Part shown: positions 19,001 through 28,202 of the stretch, in pieces | How positions within the stretch are numbered: the first letter of the stretch is position 1 | Layout: each line of letters begins with the position of its first letter | Source: Candidatus Sericytochromatia bacterium | Lineage (GTDB): Bacteria > Cyanobacteriota > Sericytochromatia > S15B-MN24 > JAQBPE01 | Assembly (NCBI GenBank): GCA_035285125.1 | Contig: JAYKHR010000045.1 | Coordinates: forward strand, 96,001 to 160,000 | Direction of reading: 5' to 3' | DNA length: 64,000 nucleotides | Translations under genes and position numbers: made by a program | Notes under the pieces: model-generated | The model's input: the letters and a program-made list of their open reading frames with translations, nothing else | Told to the model about the DNA's origin: nothing | Databases searched by the model: none

Positions 19001-19153
19001 GTCACCTCCACGCTGTTCACGCTCGTCGTGATCCCGGCGGCCTTCACCCTCATCGACGACATCCAGCGCACGGCCTGGGGCTGGCTCGGCAAGCGGCTGC
19101 CGGCGCCGGACGAGCCGGGCGACGGGGCCGCGCCGGCAGAGCCGACGGCCTAG
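16034..19153 (+). CDS. RND efflux permease (AcrB/AcrD/AcrF family)
   Basis: 1039 aa. [35 protein letters not shown] and RLRPILMTT motifs. Confidence 0.95.
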   Translation: MNVSAWAIKRPIPVILLFLMLTLVGLFSYLRLGVNDNPDVDFPLIVVAVSQAGASPAELETEVTRKVEDSLVGITGLDHITSTVSEGVSTTVCEFKIGTRSETALNDVRDAVSRIRQTLPGDITEPSITHPNFSGEPFATFTVSSTRRPMAELSRLIDEDITRSLLAVPGVAQVRRSGGLTREVRIDLEPARLRAHRLTVEDVNGQLRQANVNLPGGRADAGGREQSIRTLGSAGSVEALARLPIALPQGGTVRLDALGRVADSHAEVRQKAFLNGQPCVAFSVVRSQGSPLVQTEEATRQQVEALAATLPPDVKVELIRTMADFTRDSHEATMDALYLGSALAVAVIFIFLRNGQALFISALAIPLSVIATFGVMKLLGYTLNGMTTLALTLVVGILVDDAIVDLENIYRHIAMGKSPMRAALEATDEIGLAIVATTMTIVAVFIPVGFMGGIPGMFFRSFGVTVAVAVLFSLLVARTLTPMMAAHLLPERLAHAEDRAPWREPYMRLLEWALAHRWKTLTGALAVFVGSMALVPVIPKGFIDLGDIGQAMVQISLPAGSTIEETERVVMETSQLLAARPESQLVFATVGSASNSAGGSLVQSASSVTRGTVNVVLKPRDQRTLTLEAFQDQLRPELARIPGARVAFAQFGATGSAKPVNVLLRGSDGRLLEQVGAQVLKEMRTLPELRDVTSTAAELRPEVVIRPHLTRAAEQGVSVAAIGRVARLATQGDAEFNLAKFNADSRQLNIRVQLAPSARADLAAIGDLLVPGRAGLVPLRTVADLHFGTGPVQIDRYDRARQITFTANLTAGDMGTALAKVAELPSIKALPAGITQGTVGESKVMMDIFTETLIALGTGIMAIYAVLVLLFGGFLQPLTIMMALPLSIGGAMAGLLVFGKELGLYALIGVMMLMGLVTKNSILLVEYAQMARNQGATRREALLRAGRDRLRPILMTTIAMIAGMLPIALELGTGTEILSPMAVAVIGGLVTSTLFTLVVIPAAFTLIDDIQRTAWGWLGKRLPAPDEPGDGAAPAEPTA

Positions 19154-20085
19154 GGCGCGGGCATCGGCAGGCCTGCCCGCCAGGCCCGGCGCAGCGCCAC
19201 GGCCCGGTCGACCTCGTTGGTGACGAGCCCATCCACGCCCCAGCGCAGCAGCCGCGCCATGGCCGCGGGCTCGTCCACCGTCCAGGCGAACAGCGGCAGC
19301 CCCTGCCCGTGGGCGGCCGCGACGACGGGGCCGCCGAGGGCCTCGTGCCAGCTCAGCACCAGGTCGGCGTGCGCGCCCAGCGCCCGGGTGGGCGGTGGCT
19401 CCAGCGGCCGCACCAGCAGGCCGAGGGGGCGGTCGGGCGCCAGCCCCGCCAGCCGGCGCAGCGCGGCGCGGTGGAAGGAAATCAAGATGGCGCCGCCCGG
19501 CGGCGTGTGGCTGCCCAGCGCCTCGGCCACGCGCCGCACGAGCCCGGGGTGGGCCTCCTTGAGCTCGACCACCGCCACGGCCCGGCCCGCGAGCACCGCC
19601 AGCGCCTCCGCTACGGTGGGCACGGGCTCCCCGCGCCAGCGCGGGTGCTTCCAGCCACCCGCGTCGAGCCGCCGCAGCTCGGCGAGCGTCAGGCTGGCGA
19701 CCTCCCCCCGGCCGCTGGTGGTGCGATCCACGGTGGGGTCGTGCATGAGCACGGCCTCCCCGTCGCGCGTGAGGCGCACGTCGAACTCGACGGCATCGGC
19801 CCCCGCCTCGACGGCGGCCCGCAGGCTGGCGAGGGTGTTCTCGGGGGCCAGGGCCGAGTAGCCCCGGTGGGCGACGATCCAGGGCCGCGGGAGCGCGGGC
19901 AGGGGCCGCTTGTGGTAGGCCGCCGGGGCGGCCTGCCCCGACCAGGCGACGAGCTGCTCGCCGATGGCCCGCCCCCCCCGCGCCAGCGGGGCGCACGCCG
20001 TTGCCAGGGCCACGTGAGCCACGAGCGCCGCCGCCAGCGCATGCCGCCTGCCCATGGGCCGGCCCCCCTTTCCCGTGCCCCGCAC
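19150..20085 (-). CDS. Glycerophosphodiester phosphodiesterase
   Basis: VAHRG, PENTL, VEFDV.LT.DG, HD.T..RT, ELK, WTVD and GVDG..TN motifs. The start may be ATG 20055. Confidence 0.9.
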   Translation of the reverse strand: MRGTGKGGRPMGRRHALAAALVAHVALATACAPLARGGRAIGEQLVAWSGQAAPAAYHKRPLPALPRPWIVAHRGYSALAPENTLASLRAAVEAGADAVEFDVRLTRDGEAVLMHDPTVDRTTSGRGEVASLTLAELRRLDAGGWKHPRWRGEPVPTVAEALAVLAGRAVAVVELKEAHPGLVRRVAEALGSHTPPGGAILISFHRAALRRLAGLAPDRPLGLLVRPLEPPPTRALGAHADLVLSWHEALGGPVVAAAHGQGLPLFAWTVDEPAAMARLLRWGVDGLVTNEVDRAVALRRAWRAGLPMPAP

Positions 20086-20089
20086 GCCG

Positions 20090-22003
20090 TCAGAGCATGA
20101 AGCCGTAGAGCACCTCGCCGTCGGGCGAGACCGTCAGCCCGCTGACGGGCCGCTCGGGCGTCCCCCGGTCCCACTCGACGTGGTGGGTCGCGCCCGTGTC
20201 GACGTCCACCGCCAGCACGCTCGTGCCGATGGCATACGCATACACGACCACCGGCTGCGTGGCGACCAGGGCGGCGGTGTCGTAGCTCGACACGTACAGC
20301 TCGCGCCGGCGCCAGGAGTACGCCAGCGTGCGGCCCATGAAGATGTTGTCGACCAGCAGGGTGTTCGTGCCGCCGTTGGCGGGGTTCACGGCCCAGATGG
20401 CCGTCCACCGCGTGTCCCCAGCCTTGGGGTGCTGGGCCAGCAGCCAGCCCGGCGGGCTCGAGTAGCCCGGCGTCACGTCGAAGGCGACGTCGTAGCACCG
20501 GCTGCTGGCCGGCAGCCGCTCGACGGGTGGGTGCCCGACGGCCACCGGCACCGTCGCTGGCGGCGTGCCCGTGACCTCGTAGAGCGAGGCGCCCTGGGCG
20601 GCGCGGTCGTTCGCGAGGTAGAGCCGCTCGCCGAAGCGCCGGAAGGCGTTGTAGACGTTGGATGCCGACTCGATGGGCATGTACGGCTGCCACGTGAACG
20701 CGCTGAGGCTGGCATCAACGGGCGTGCCGCGCAGGAGCTGCTCCGAGTCGCCGTGGGCCAGCACGGCGGCGCTGCCGGGCTCCCGGACGGCGCCACGAAC
20801 GGCATTCTGCCAGGCCGTGGCCACCGGGTCGCGCAGCACCCCGGTCCCGGTGTCGTAGATGCGCAGCTCGGGGCCGTGGGCGAGCAGGATGTACCGGGAA
20901 TCGTAGAACGAGCCGTACCAGCGCGTCACGCGGGCGGGGTTGGCCGGCCGCCCCATGTCGACGAGCCGGAAGCGGCTGCCCAGACCATCCCGCCGCCGCT
21001 TGCGCTCGGGCGTGGGCACCCAGCCAGCCGGCTCACCCGTCAGCCGCAGGCCCGGCGCCAGCCCGCTGAAGCCCAGCTCACCCGCCACCCCGATCGTCGG
21101 CCGGTCGAGCGGGAAGTCCTCCGCCGTGAAGGGGACGGTGCCGGACGCCACCGCGAGCGGCTCGAGCGGGAGCCGTGCAAGCTCGGCGCGCACGGCCCCG
21201 TCCAGCGCGGCAAAGGCGCCAAGCCGGCCGAGCGCCGCCCGCAGGGCGTCCGAGGAGGCCGCCAGCCCGTCCGGGCCGAGGCCCGTGACGAGGTCGTCGG
21301 CCCAGGCCGGCTGCCTGGCGAGGGCCTCCTCGAGCGCCGCCACGGCCCGCCTGGCGGCCTCGAAGGCCTGCGCCACGCCGGCCTCCCGGGCCGCCTGCGG
21401 CCGCAGCAACTGGAGCTTGAAGACGCCCTGGAAGGCGCGAGCGGCGGCCGTGCTCGCGGGGCTGAGCACGAGCCGCAGCGTCACGTCGCCGGCCTCGCGC
21501 AGGGCGTAGCCCCGGGCAGGCGCGGCCAGGAGCCGCCCCTGGCCGTCGAGCAGCGCGACGAAGGCCTGGGAACCCGTCTTCGCGACCAGCCGGACGACCT
21601 GGCCTGCCGCCAGCGGCGGCAGCGCAAGGTCGAAGGCCCCGGCCGCGTCCGTCCGCAGGGTGCCGCCGCCGGCCTCCTCCCAGGCCGTGAGGGGCACCGC
21701 CCGCCCCGTGGCGAGGTCCCAGGCCGTGAGGCTGGCGCCCTCCACGGGCTGGCCGTTAACGGCCACGCTGCCGAGCAGCCGGCGGCGGATGGCGGGCAGG
21801 GGCGTCGCAGGCGCCGGGGCGGGCGAGGCCGACGCCGGCGGTGGTGAGGCGCTGCCCGGGGCGGAGGGCGCCAGGGACGCGGGAGGCCCTCCCCCCGGAG
21901 CCGCGCCTGCCGTCGGCGCCGGGCTCAGCCCGGCCGGCGGGGCACAGCTCGGCAGCAGGAAGGCTCCGACCAGGAGGGACAGGGCGAGGCGCGAGGGGAC
22001 CAC
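20090..22003 (-). CDS. Hypothetical lipoprotein: Pro/Ala linker, carboxypeptidase-regulatory-like domain, helical region, C-terminal beta-propeller-like domain
   Basis: Lipobox LPSC. GC3-rich frame. 'TDAAGAF' and a C-terminal 'GLTVSPDG..LY'. Confidence 0.7.
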   Translation of the reverse strand: MVPSRLALSLLVGAFLLPSCAPPAGLSPAPTAGAAPGGGPPASLAPSAPGSASPPPASASPAPAPATPLPAIRRRLLGSVAVNGQPVEGASLTAWDLATGRAVPLTAWEEAGGGTLRTDAAGAFDLALPPLAAGQVVRLVAKTGSQAFVALLDGQGRLLAAPARGYALREAGDVTLRLVLSPASTAAARAFQGVFKLQLLRPQAAREAGVAQAFEAARRAVAALEEALARQPAWADDLVTGLGPDGLAASSDALRAALGRLGAFAALDGAVRAELARLPLEPLAVASGTVPFTAEDFPLDRPTIGVAGELGFSGLAPGLRLTGEPAGWVPTPERKRRRDGLGSRFRLVDMGRPANPARVTRWYGSFYDSRYILLAHGPELRIYDTGTGVLRDPVATAWQNAVRGAVREPGSAAVLAHGDSEQLLRGTPVDASLSAFTWQPYMPIESASNVYNAFRRFGERLYLANDRAAQGASLYEVTGTPPATVPVAVGHPPVERLPASSRCYDVAFDVTPGYSSPPGWLLAQHPKAGDTRWTAIWAVNPANGGTNTLLVDNIFMGRTLAYSWRRRELYVSSYDTAALVATQPVVVYAYAIGTSVLAVDVDTGATHHVEWDRGTPERPVSGLTVSPDGEVLYGFML

Positions 22004-22137
22004 GGCGGTTCTCCGGCAAGCCGTTCAGGGACCGACCCCGCTCGTACCCCGCCCAGGGCCGTGACATACGTCGCCGCCTCGATCCTTTCCCTGGCGCGCC
22101 TGAAAGCGCGCGTTGCCCGGCCGGACCCGGTCCCCGC

Positions 22138-23507
22138 TCAGGCCCGAGAGGCCGTAAAGACGACGGGTTCAGCCGGGCGTGCGGATACGGGCAAGGTGAC
22201 GACGAAGTTGCTTCCCTCGCCTGGCGTGCTGGTCACCGTCAGCGTTCCCTGGTGCCCCCCCTCGATGATCGCACGGCTGAGCGTCAGGCCAAGTCCGAGG
22301 CCCCGGCTCCCCGACTGGCCGGGACAGGCCTGGAAGAACGGTTCGAAAACCCGAGCCAGGTGCTCGGGTTCGATGCCGACCCCCGTGTCGACCACCCGCA
22401 GCTCGGCGGCACGTGGCATCCTGGCCAGCTGCACCTCCACGCGCCCCCCGGCCGGGGTCGCCTTGCGCGCGTTATCAAGGAGGTTTTGCAGCACCTGGTT
22501 CAGGCGGTCTGCATCGGCCTCGATGGAGACCCCTTCTGACGGCATGTCCGTGACCAGCGTGATGCCTGCCGCGTCGAACGCTGGCCGCTGCGCGTTCGTC
22601 ACCTGGTGCACCAGGTCGTTCAACTGGGTGGGGCCCTTCTCGCAGGAGAGTCCATGCGTTCGCAAGCGAGCCAGCTCGAACACGTCATTCACCAGGCGTT
22701 TCAGCACCAGGGACTGCTCCTCGGCCACTTGGAGCAGCCCCGCGGTCGGCTCGGCCAGAGCCTGACCCTGACCGCTCCTCAGAATGTGAAGCGCGGTGAT
22801 CACGGAGGTAAGGGGCGTCCTGAGCTCGTGGCCGATGGTGGTGATGAACTGATACTTCGCGGCATCCAGCCGGGCCAGCTCCTCGTTGTGGAGGCGCAAC
22901 TGCGCGTTCGTGGTTTCGATCAGGAAGACCAGCATGCCAACCCCAACCATCAGGTTCAGCACCATCGAAACCGAGTACCCGACCCAGGCCCAGGGCGTGT
23001 GCGCCAGGACAGGATAGGAGAAAAACCAGAGGCCGGAGATGACAACGGGCAGGCCCAGGAATCTGGAGCCGGCGGCCTGGTGGGTTCGCAGGATGCTCCA
23101 TCCCAGCCACACGTGGAGCCAAGAATAGGCAAGCATGGAGGGCAGGACCACCACATTGAAAGGCTGCCCCCACGCAGCAAGGCCGGCGCCAGGAAGGCCA
23201 GTAGCCACCAAGAAAAGGGGGAGGCGACGCGCGGTCATCGGGGCGTCACGGCGCAAGACCCGAGAGGCCTGAACGAGGCACCAGCAAATCGCGTTGACCA
23301 GGACAACTTCCAGACCCCACAACCATCCGGGACGTCCAAAGAAGGCTGCAAACATCTCGGACAGCAGGAGGCAAAGCCCCCCCCGTAGGCGCACAGCCAC
23401 AGTCTGAAGAACGGGGTCTGGTGGTGCCTCCAAATCCAGGCTGACATAACCAAGATCGTCGCCACGCCAAGGACGTTGCTGATACTGGCCTGCTCAACTT
23501 GTGTCAC
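22138..23507 (-). CDS. Multi-TM membrane sensor histidine kinase, frameshifted at a G8 tract (23377-23384)
   Basis: H-box GHELRTPLT, N-box NLLDNA, DTGVGI, F-box FEPFFQ and GLGLGL. The N-terminal TM segment (VTQVEQ...LWLCAYGG, GTG 23507 with GGAG RBS) lies in another frame and joins only if the tract is G9 or G6. Confidence 0.88.
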
Positions 23508-23608
23508 AATGGCTCCGTGGAGGTTTCGAAGTCGTGCGCACCCGTGTGTCGCCAATTTTCCACGGTCAACAATAGCGGACCCTGCAGGAAAGGTTCAACC
23601 ATCCTCCG

Positions 23609-26066
23609 ATGAGACGCCACGCTGACTACGTCGACCTGGCCTTCGGGATGTTTGCGGAATCCGCGCGACGCGGGGTCCTGTTTCACACGGCCGAGGATGA
23701 GGTCCTCGACGGGCGCTGCATCACCGTGACCGGCCAGAAATGGCTCAACTTCGCATCCTGCTCCTACCTGGGGCTGGAGCTCGATGAGCGCCTGAAGGCT
23801 GGCGCCATCGAGGCGGTGAGCCGCTACGGCACCCAGTTCTCCGCCTCACGCGCCGCGGTCTCCGCACCTCCGTACAAGGAGCTGGAGGCGCTGCTGGAAG
23901 CCGTGTTCGACGCCATCCCCCTGCCCACGCCCACCACGTCGCTCGGCCACATCGCAGCCTTGCCGGCGCTGGTCGAGGACACGGATCTGATGGTGCTCGA
24001 CCAACAGGTGCACGCGAGCGTGATGAACGCGGCGAACCTGGCGCGGGTGCACGGGGCCGGCCTGGAGGTGATCCGTCACAACAACCTCGCCCAGCTGGAG
24101 GACATCCTGGTGCGTGAACGCGGTCGTCGCCGCCACATCTGGTACCTGGCGGATGGCGTCTACAGCATGTACGGAGACTTTGCGCCGATCGAGGCGCTGA
24201 TGAAGCTGCTCGGGCAGCACGAGCAGCTCCACCTGTACGTCGACGACGCCCACGCCATGAGCTGGTGCGGCCAGCACGGGCGCGGCTTCGTGCTCGGCAA
24301 CACGCCGTTGCACCCCAGGATGGTGGTGGCGACCTCCCTGAACAAGGCCTTTGCCTGCGCGGGTGGCGTGCTCCTCTTGCCAGACCCGAAGCTGCGCGCC
24401 AGGGTGCGCATGGGCGGTGGACCGTTGATTTTCTCGGGGCCCCTCCAACCTCCCATGCTCGGGGCCGCCGTGGCCGCGGCCAGGCTCCACTTGTCCCCCG
24501 AGTTTCCAGCCCTCCAGCACGAGCTGCTGGAGCGCATCCGACACTGCAACCGGGTCTGCAACGCACTCGGGCTGCCCCTGGTGTCCCAGGACGAGAGCCC
24601 CGTCCGCTTCATCGCCACAGGCCTGCCGCAGGTCAGCTACGACATGGTCGAGCGGTTGCAGCGGGAGGGCTTTTACCTGACTGTCGCGGTCTTCCCCTTG
24701 GTCCCGATGAAGCGGGCGGGACTGCGCCTCACGCTGACCCGGCACCTGAGCCTCGACGACATCAGCCGGCTGGCAGAGGCGGTGGCCCACCACCTGCCGT
24801 TGGCCCTGCAGCAAGCAGGTTCTTCCTTGGAAGAGGTCCGGGCCGCGTTTCAACTCGGGGAGGCAGAGCACCCGCAAGCCGTCGCGAGGCCCACACCGAC
24901 GCACCTGCGGCTCGAGAAGGTCACCTCCATCGCCCGGCTCGATGCCGAGGAGTGGGACGCGCTGCTGGGGAATCGCGGCACCTTCGGCGCGGAGGCCCTG
25001 GCCCTCCTGGAAGCCACCTTTGAGGGGCAAGCCCACCCCGAAAACAACTGGCGGTTCCTGTATTACCTCGTGCGAGATGGCGCGGGGAAGGCCGTTGCCG
25101 CCACGTTCTTCACCGAGACCCTCTGGAAGGACGACATGATCGCCTCTCCCGACGTGTCGAGGCTCGCCGAGCAGCGGCGCCGGAAGGACCCCACCTTTTT
25201 GACCTCACGCACCCTGGCGATGGGATCGCTGCTGACCGAAGGGGACCACCTCTACCTGGACCGCACGGGCGACTGGCGAGAGGCGCTCCGGCTGATCCTT
25301 CGCGACGTCGCAGAGGAACAATCCCACGGCGCCCGGGTGCTGGTGCTGCGAGACCTCGACGCAGAGGATCCCGAGTTGGACGCCTACCTGTTGTCCCAAG
25401 GCTTCGCCCGCTACCTGATGCCCGAAACGATGGTGCTCGACCTGGCGCCGGATTACAGGCTCGACGACTACATGGCGCGCCTCACGCGGCGGTCGCGCCG
25501 CTTCCTCAAGCAAGAGGTGTTGCCCAGGACCTCGCAGCTCAAGGTTCGCCTGGCTGGGGGCGAGGCGCCGGCGCTGAGCCAGGACGAGTTGCGCTACCTT
25601 CACCGCCTGTATGCCAACGTTCAGGCTCGCAGCTTCGAACTCAACACCTTCACGCTCCCCCTGGCACTTTTCGAGCGGATGAACGGGAGGCAGGCCTGGG
25701 AATTCCTGCTGCTCCACGTTCCCCCTGAAGCTGGGGGGGCCTGCAGACGGGCAGCCCGTGGCTTTCTTGGCCGCGCACCGGGGGCCGGGCCCCTACGTCC
25801 CGCTCCTGGTGGGGCTGGATTACCGCTACGTCGAGTCTCACGGGGTCTACCGGCAGGCGATCTGGGCCGCCATCGGACGGGCTCGCGCGGTGGGGGCCAC
25901 GCGCGTGTGCTTCGGGATGGGGGCGGCCCTCGAAAAGCATCGTTTCGGGGCAACGGGAAGCCGCCACGCCATTTACTTCCAGGTCGCCGACACCTACAAC
26001 TTCGAGGTCCTGCTCCAACTGATGGGCGAGGTGGGCCGGAGCCCCGCCCCGCTCGGCCAGCCCTGA
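23609..26066 (+). CDS. PLP-dependent alpha-oxoamine synthase (BioF/SPT/CqsA-like) fused to a GNAT-like domain, frameshifted at a G7 tract (25733-25739)
   Basis: NFASCSYLGL, HAS, DGVYSMYGD, DDAH, SLNKAF (PLP Lys) and FSGP. The C-terminus continues in the 25758-26066 frame (VGLDY..GVYRQ...FGMGAALEKHRFGA), typical of FemAB/GNAT-like domains. Confidence 0.88.
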
Positions 26067-26070
26067 GCGC

Positions 26071-27249
26071 TCACCGCGGAATCCGCGTGGCGAGCTGGCC
26101 GAGCACCCGGGAGGCCCCCGCCGCGAGCGCGGCGAGCCCGGCAAGCATTGCCGCCACAGGCCGCGGTGCAGCCTGCGGCGCCAGGCTGGCGGGCCCCGCC
26201 GTGGCCTCGGGCGGCGGTGCCGCAAGGGCCGGCTCCTCCCCCGCCTGGGGCGGCTCCCCGGGCAGCGGCGGCGGCGCGGCCGGCAGCCCCCCCGGATGCG
26301 CGGGCGTCGCGGGGGCCGCCAGCACCGCCTGGTGGAGGTCCCGCGTCAGGCCCGCGATGCGCGCCCAGGTGTTCCCCCCGGGCGCCTCCCGCGTGAGCAC
26401 GGCGAGCACGTAGCTGCGCCCGGCCACCTCGATGATGGCGACGTCGTGCGTGACCTCGGAGGTCTCGCCCGTCTTGTGGTAGACGCGGGCGTCGCGGGGC
26501 AGCCCGGCCGGGATCTTGTCATGGTCGAGCTGGCGGCCGAGGATCGCCTTCATGCGCGCGCTGGCCGCGGGCGAGACGAGGGTGCCAGCCTGAAGCCGCA
26601 CCAGCATCGTTGCCATGTCGAGGGCCGTCGTGCGGTTGCGCCCGCCCGGCGAGGCGTCGTCTCGCACGGTGTTGCCGGCGCTGAGCTTGCGGGCCAGGAC
26701 CGTCGCCGGCGCCCCCCAGCGGCTGAAGCCCGCGGCCAGGGCCGTGCGGTCGAGGCCATCGAGCAGGGTGTTGGTCGCCACGTTGTCGCTGCGGGTGATC
26801 AGCACGTCTTGCAGCGTGGCGAGCGACACCCGCGTGCCGGGCCGCAGGTGCGGACGCGCGTCGCCCGGCGGCGACCACGTGCCCGTCATGTTGGCGGCCT
26901 TCACCGCGACGGAGGCCGCGGGGTCGAGGCGGCCGGCCTCGATGGCCTCCTGCACGGCCGCGAGCAGCGGCAGCTTGATCACGCTCGCCGCCGGGAAGGC
27001 CACCTGGCCGTGGCGCATCGCCAGCCGGTTGGTGGCGGGCTCGACCAGCACGATGCCTGCCGCCGACAGCCCCCAGCGCCTCGCCGCGGCATCGAGCGCG
27101 GCCTGCAAGGCGGCATCGGGCCTCGCCGGGAGCGAGGCGACAGGGGCCGGCGCGGGCGCGGCGGGCACGGCGTCGCCCTGGCGCGGCGGGGGGGGCGGCG
27201 CCAGCTCGGATCGCCGGGGGACGGGCTGCAGGGGGGAGACTGCGGGCAT
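26071..27249 (-). CDS. Serine hydrolase, class A beta-lactamase-like family
   Basis: FPAASVIK (SxxK), SDN.ATN, NRTTA.D and HKTG. AGGAGG RBS before ATG 27249. Confidence 0.88.
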   Translation of the reverse strand: MPAVSPLQPVPRRSELAPPPPPRQGDAVPAAPAPAPVASLPARPDAALQAALDAAARRWGLSAAGIVLVEPATNRLAMRHGQVAFPAASVIKLPLLAAVQEAIEAGRLDPAASVAVKAANMTGTWSPPGDARPHLRPGTRVSLATLQDVLITRSDNVATNTLLDGLDRTALAAGFSRWGAPATVLARKLSAGNTVRDDASPGGRNRTTALDMATMLVRLQAGTLVSPAASARMKAILGRQLDHDKIPAGLPRDARVYHKTGETSEVTHDVAIIEVAGRSYVLAVLTREAPGGNTWARIAGLTRDLHQAVLAAPATPAHPGGLPAAPPPLPGEPPQAGEEPALAAPPPEATAGPASLAPQAAPRPVAAMLAGLAALAAGASRVLGQLATRIPR

Positions 27250-27444
27250 TGGATCACGACCTCCTGGCTGCCTTGTCCTGGGCCCTGGTTCCAATCCGGT
27301 TTCAGCGGCGGCCTGGCGGGCGCCTGCCCGCCCCCGCCAGGCCAGCCCCCCACCAGTCTTGATCAGGCCTCGCAGCAACGATCTCGGGGCTTATGAAAAA
27401 TTTTTCGCCCGCGGGACGAAAGGTCCGGGCGGCTCGGGCCTACA

Positions 27445-27483
27445 ATTAAAGGAAAGTTAAGTCTTGATTCAGGAAATTTAAAG
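27445..27483. promoter_or_regulatory. Direct-repeat TTAA-N7-TTAA site with up to four helically phased half-sites (OmpR/PhoB-type)
   Basis: attaaaggaaagttaa at 27445-27460, then ttca and ttaa at 10-11 bp intervals. A near-identical 16-mer is at 33216. Confidence 0.6.
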
Positions 27484-27519
27484 TCGCCCCGCGACCTTTC
27501 ACAGGAGCTCTTCCAACTC

Positions 27520-28065
27520 ATGCGCACCCTACTTCCCTTGCTCTCCCCCACCCTCGCGGTGCTCGTGCTCGCCGCCGCGACCGGCTGCGCCACCGGCGCC
27601 GGCCCCGTCCGGGTGGCCCCCGTCCAGGCGTCCGCGGCGCTGGAGGCCGAGCGCGCCTACTCGATCGAGACCCTGCTGGGCATCGGCCCCGTCTATGGCA
27701 AGAAGCTGCGCGAGGCCGGCATCACCAGCACCGCCAAGCTGGTGACGGCCACCGGCACGCGCTACAAGCGGCAGACGCTCGCCGCGAAGGCGGACATCCC
27801 CTACAAGCTCGTGCTCGCCTGGTCGCAGAAGGTCGCCCTGATGGAGCTGCCCGGCGTCGGCCCGCGCCAGAGCAACCTGCTCGCCGCCGTCGGCGTCGAG
27901 TCGGTCCAGGAGCTCGCCCGCCGCGACCCCGCCAACCTGCACGAGCGGCTGGCCATCGCCAACACCTTCAAGCCCCGCTTCGTGGACGGCACGCCGTCGC
28001 TCGCGACCGTGACGAGGTGGGTGGAGGGGGCGCGTCGCCTGGCCGCCCGGACCGACGCCGAGTAA
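27520..28065 (+). CDS. DUF4332-like helix-hairpin-helix lipoprotein
   Basis: Lipobox ATGC. Two HhH motifs (LLGIGPVYGKKL.EAGI; LPGVGP...LL..VGV.SV.ELA.R.P..L). C-terminal PS...V..WV. Confidence 0.8.
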   Translation: MRTLLPLLSPTLAVLVLAAATGCATGAGPVRVAPVQASAALEAERAYSIETLLGIGPVYGKKLREAGITSTAKLVTATGTRYKRQTLAAKADIPYKLVLAWSQKVALMELPGVGPRQSNLLAAVGVESVQELARRDPANLHERLAIANTFKPRFVDGTPSLATVTRWVEGARRLAARTDAE

Positions 28066-28082
28066 CGCGCTCCGCGCCCTCC

Positions 28083-28115
28083 AAGGCTCCGTCCCCCCGG
28101 GGGCGGGGCCTTTTT
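28083..28115 (+). terminator. Rho-independent terminator
   Basis: aaggctccgtcccc...gggcggggcc followed by ttttt, just after the stop at 28065. Confidence 0.65.
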
Positions 28116-28202
28116 GCCGGGCCCGGCGCGGGACGCGAGCGGCCTGCTGGGGTATGAGACCACCAGGCGGGCCGGGCCGCTCGCCGGGTCGGAGAGCCGT
28201 CG

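Noticed and set aside
14585..20100. Very long ORFs of 1803 aa (-) and 1263 aa (+)
   Set aside because: Shadow frames of the RND genes in high-GC DNA. They are R/G/P-rich with no motifs.
23609..24850. Calling the PLP domain bioF or serine palmitoyltransferase
   Set aside because: The GNAT fusion and the absence of biotin or sphingolipid neighbours leave the substrate unassignable.
25740..26413. C-terminal tail of the 934-aa ORF
   Set aside because: Out-of-frame read-through after the G7 tract. The real C-terminus is in the 25758-26066 frame.
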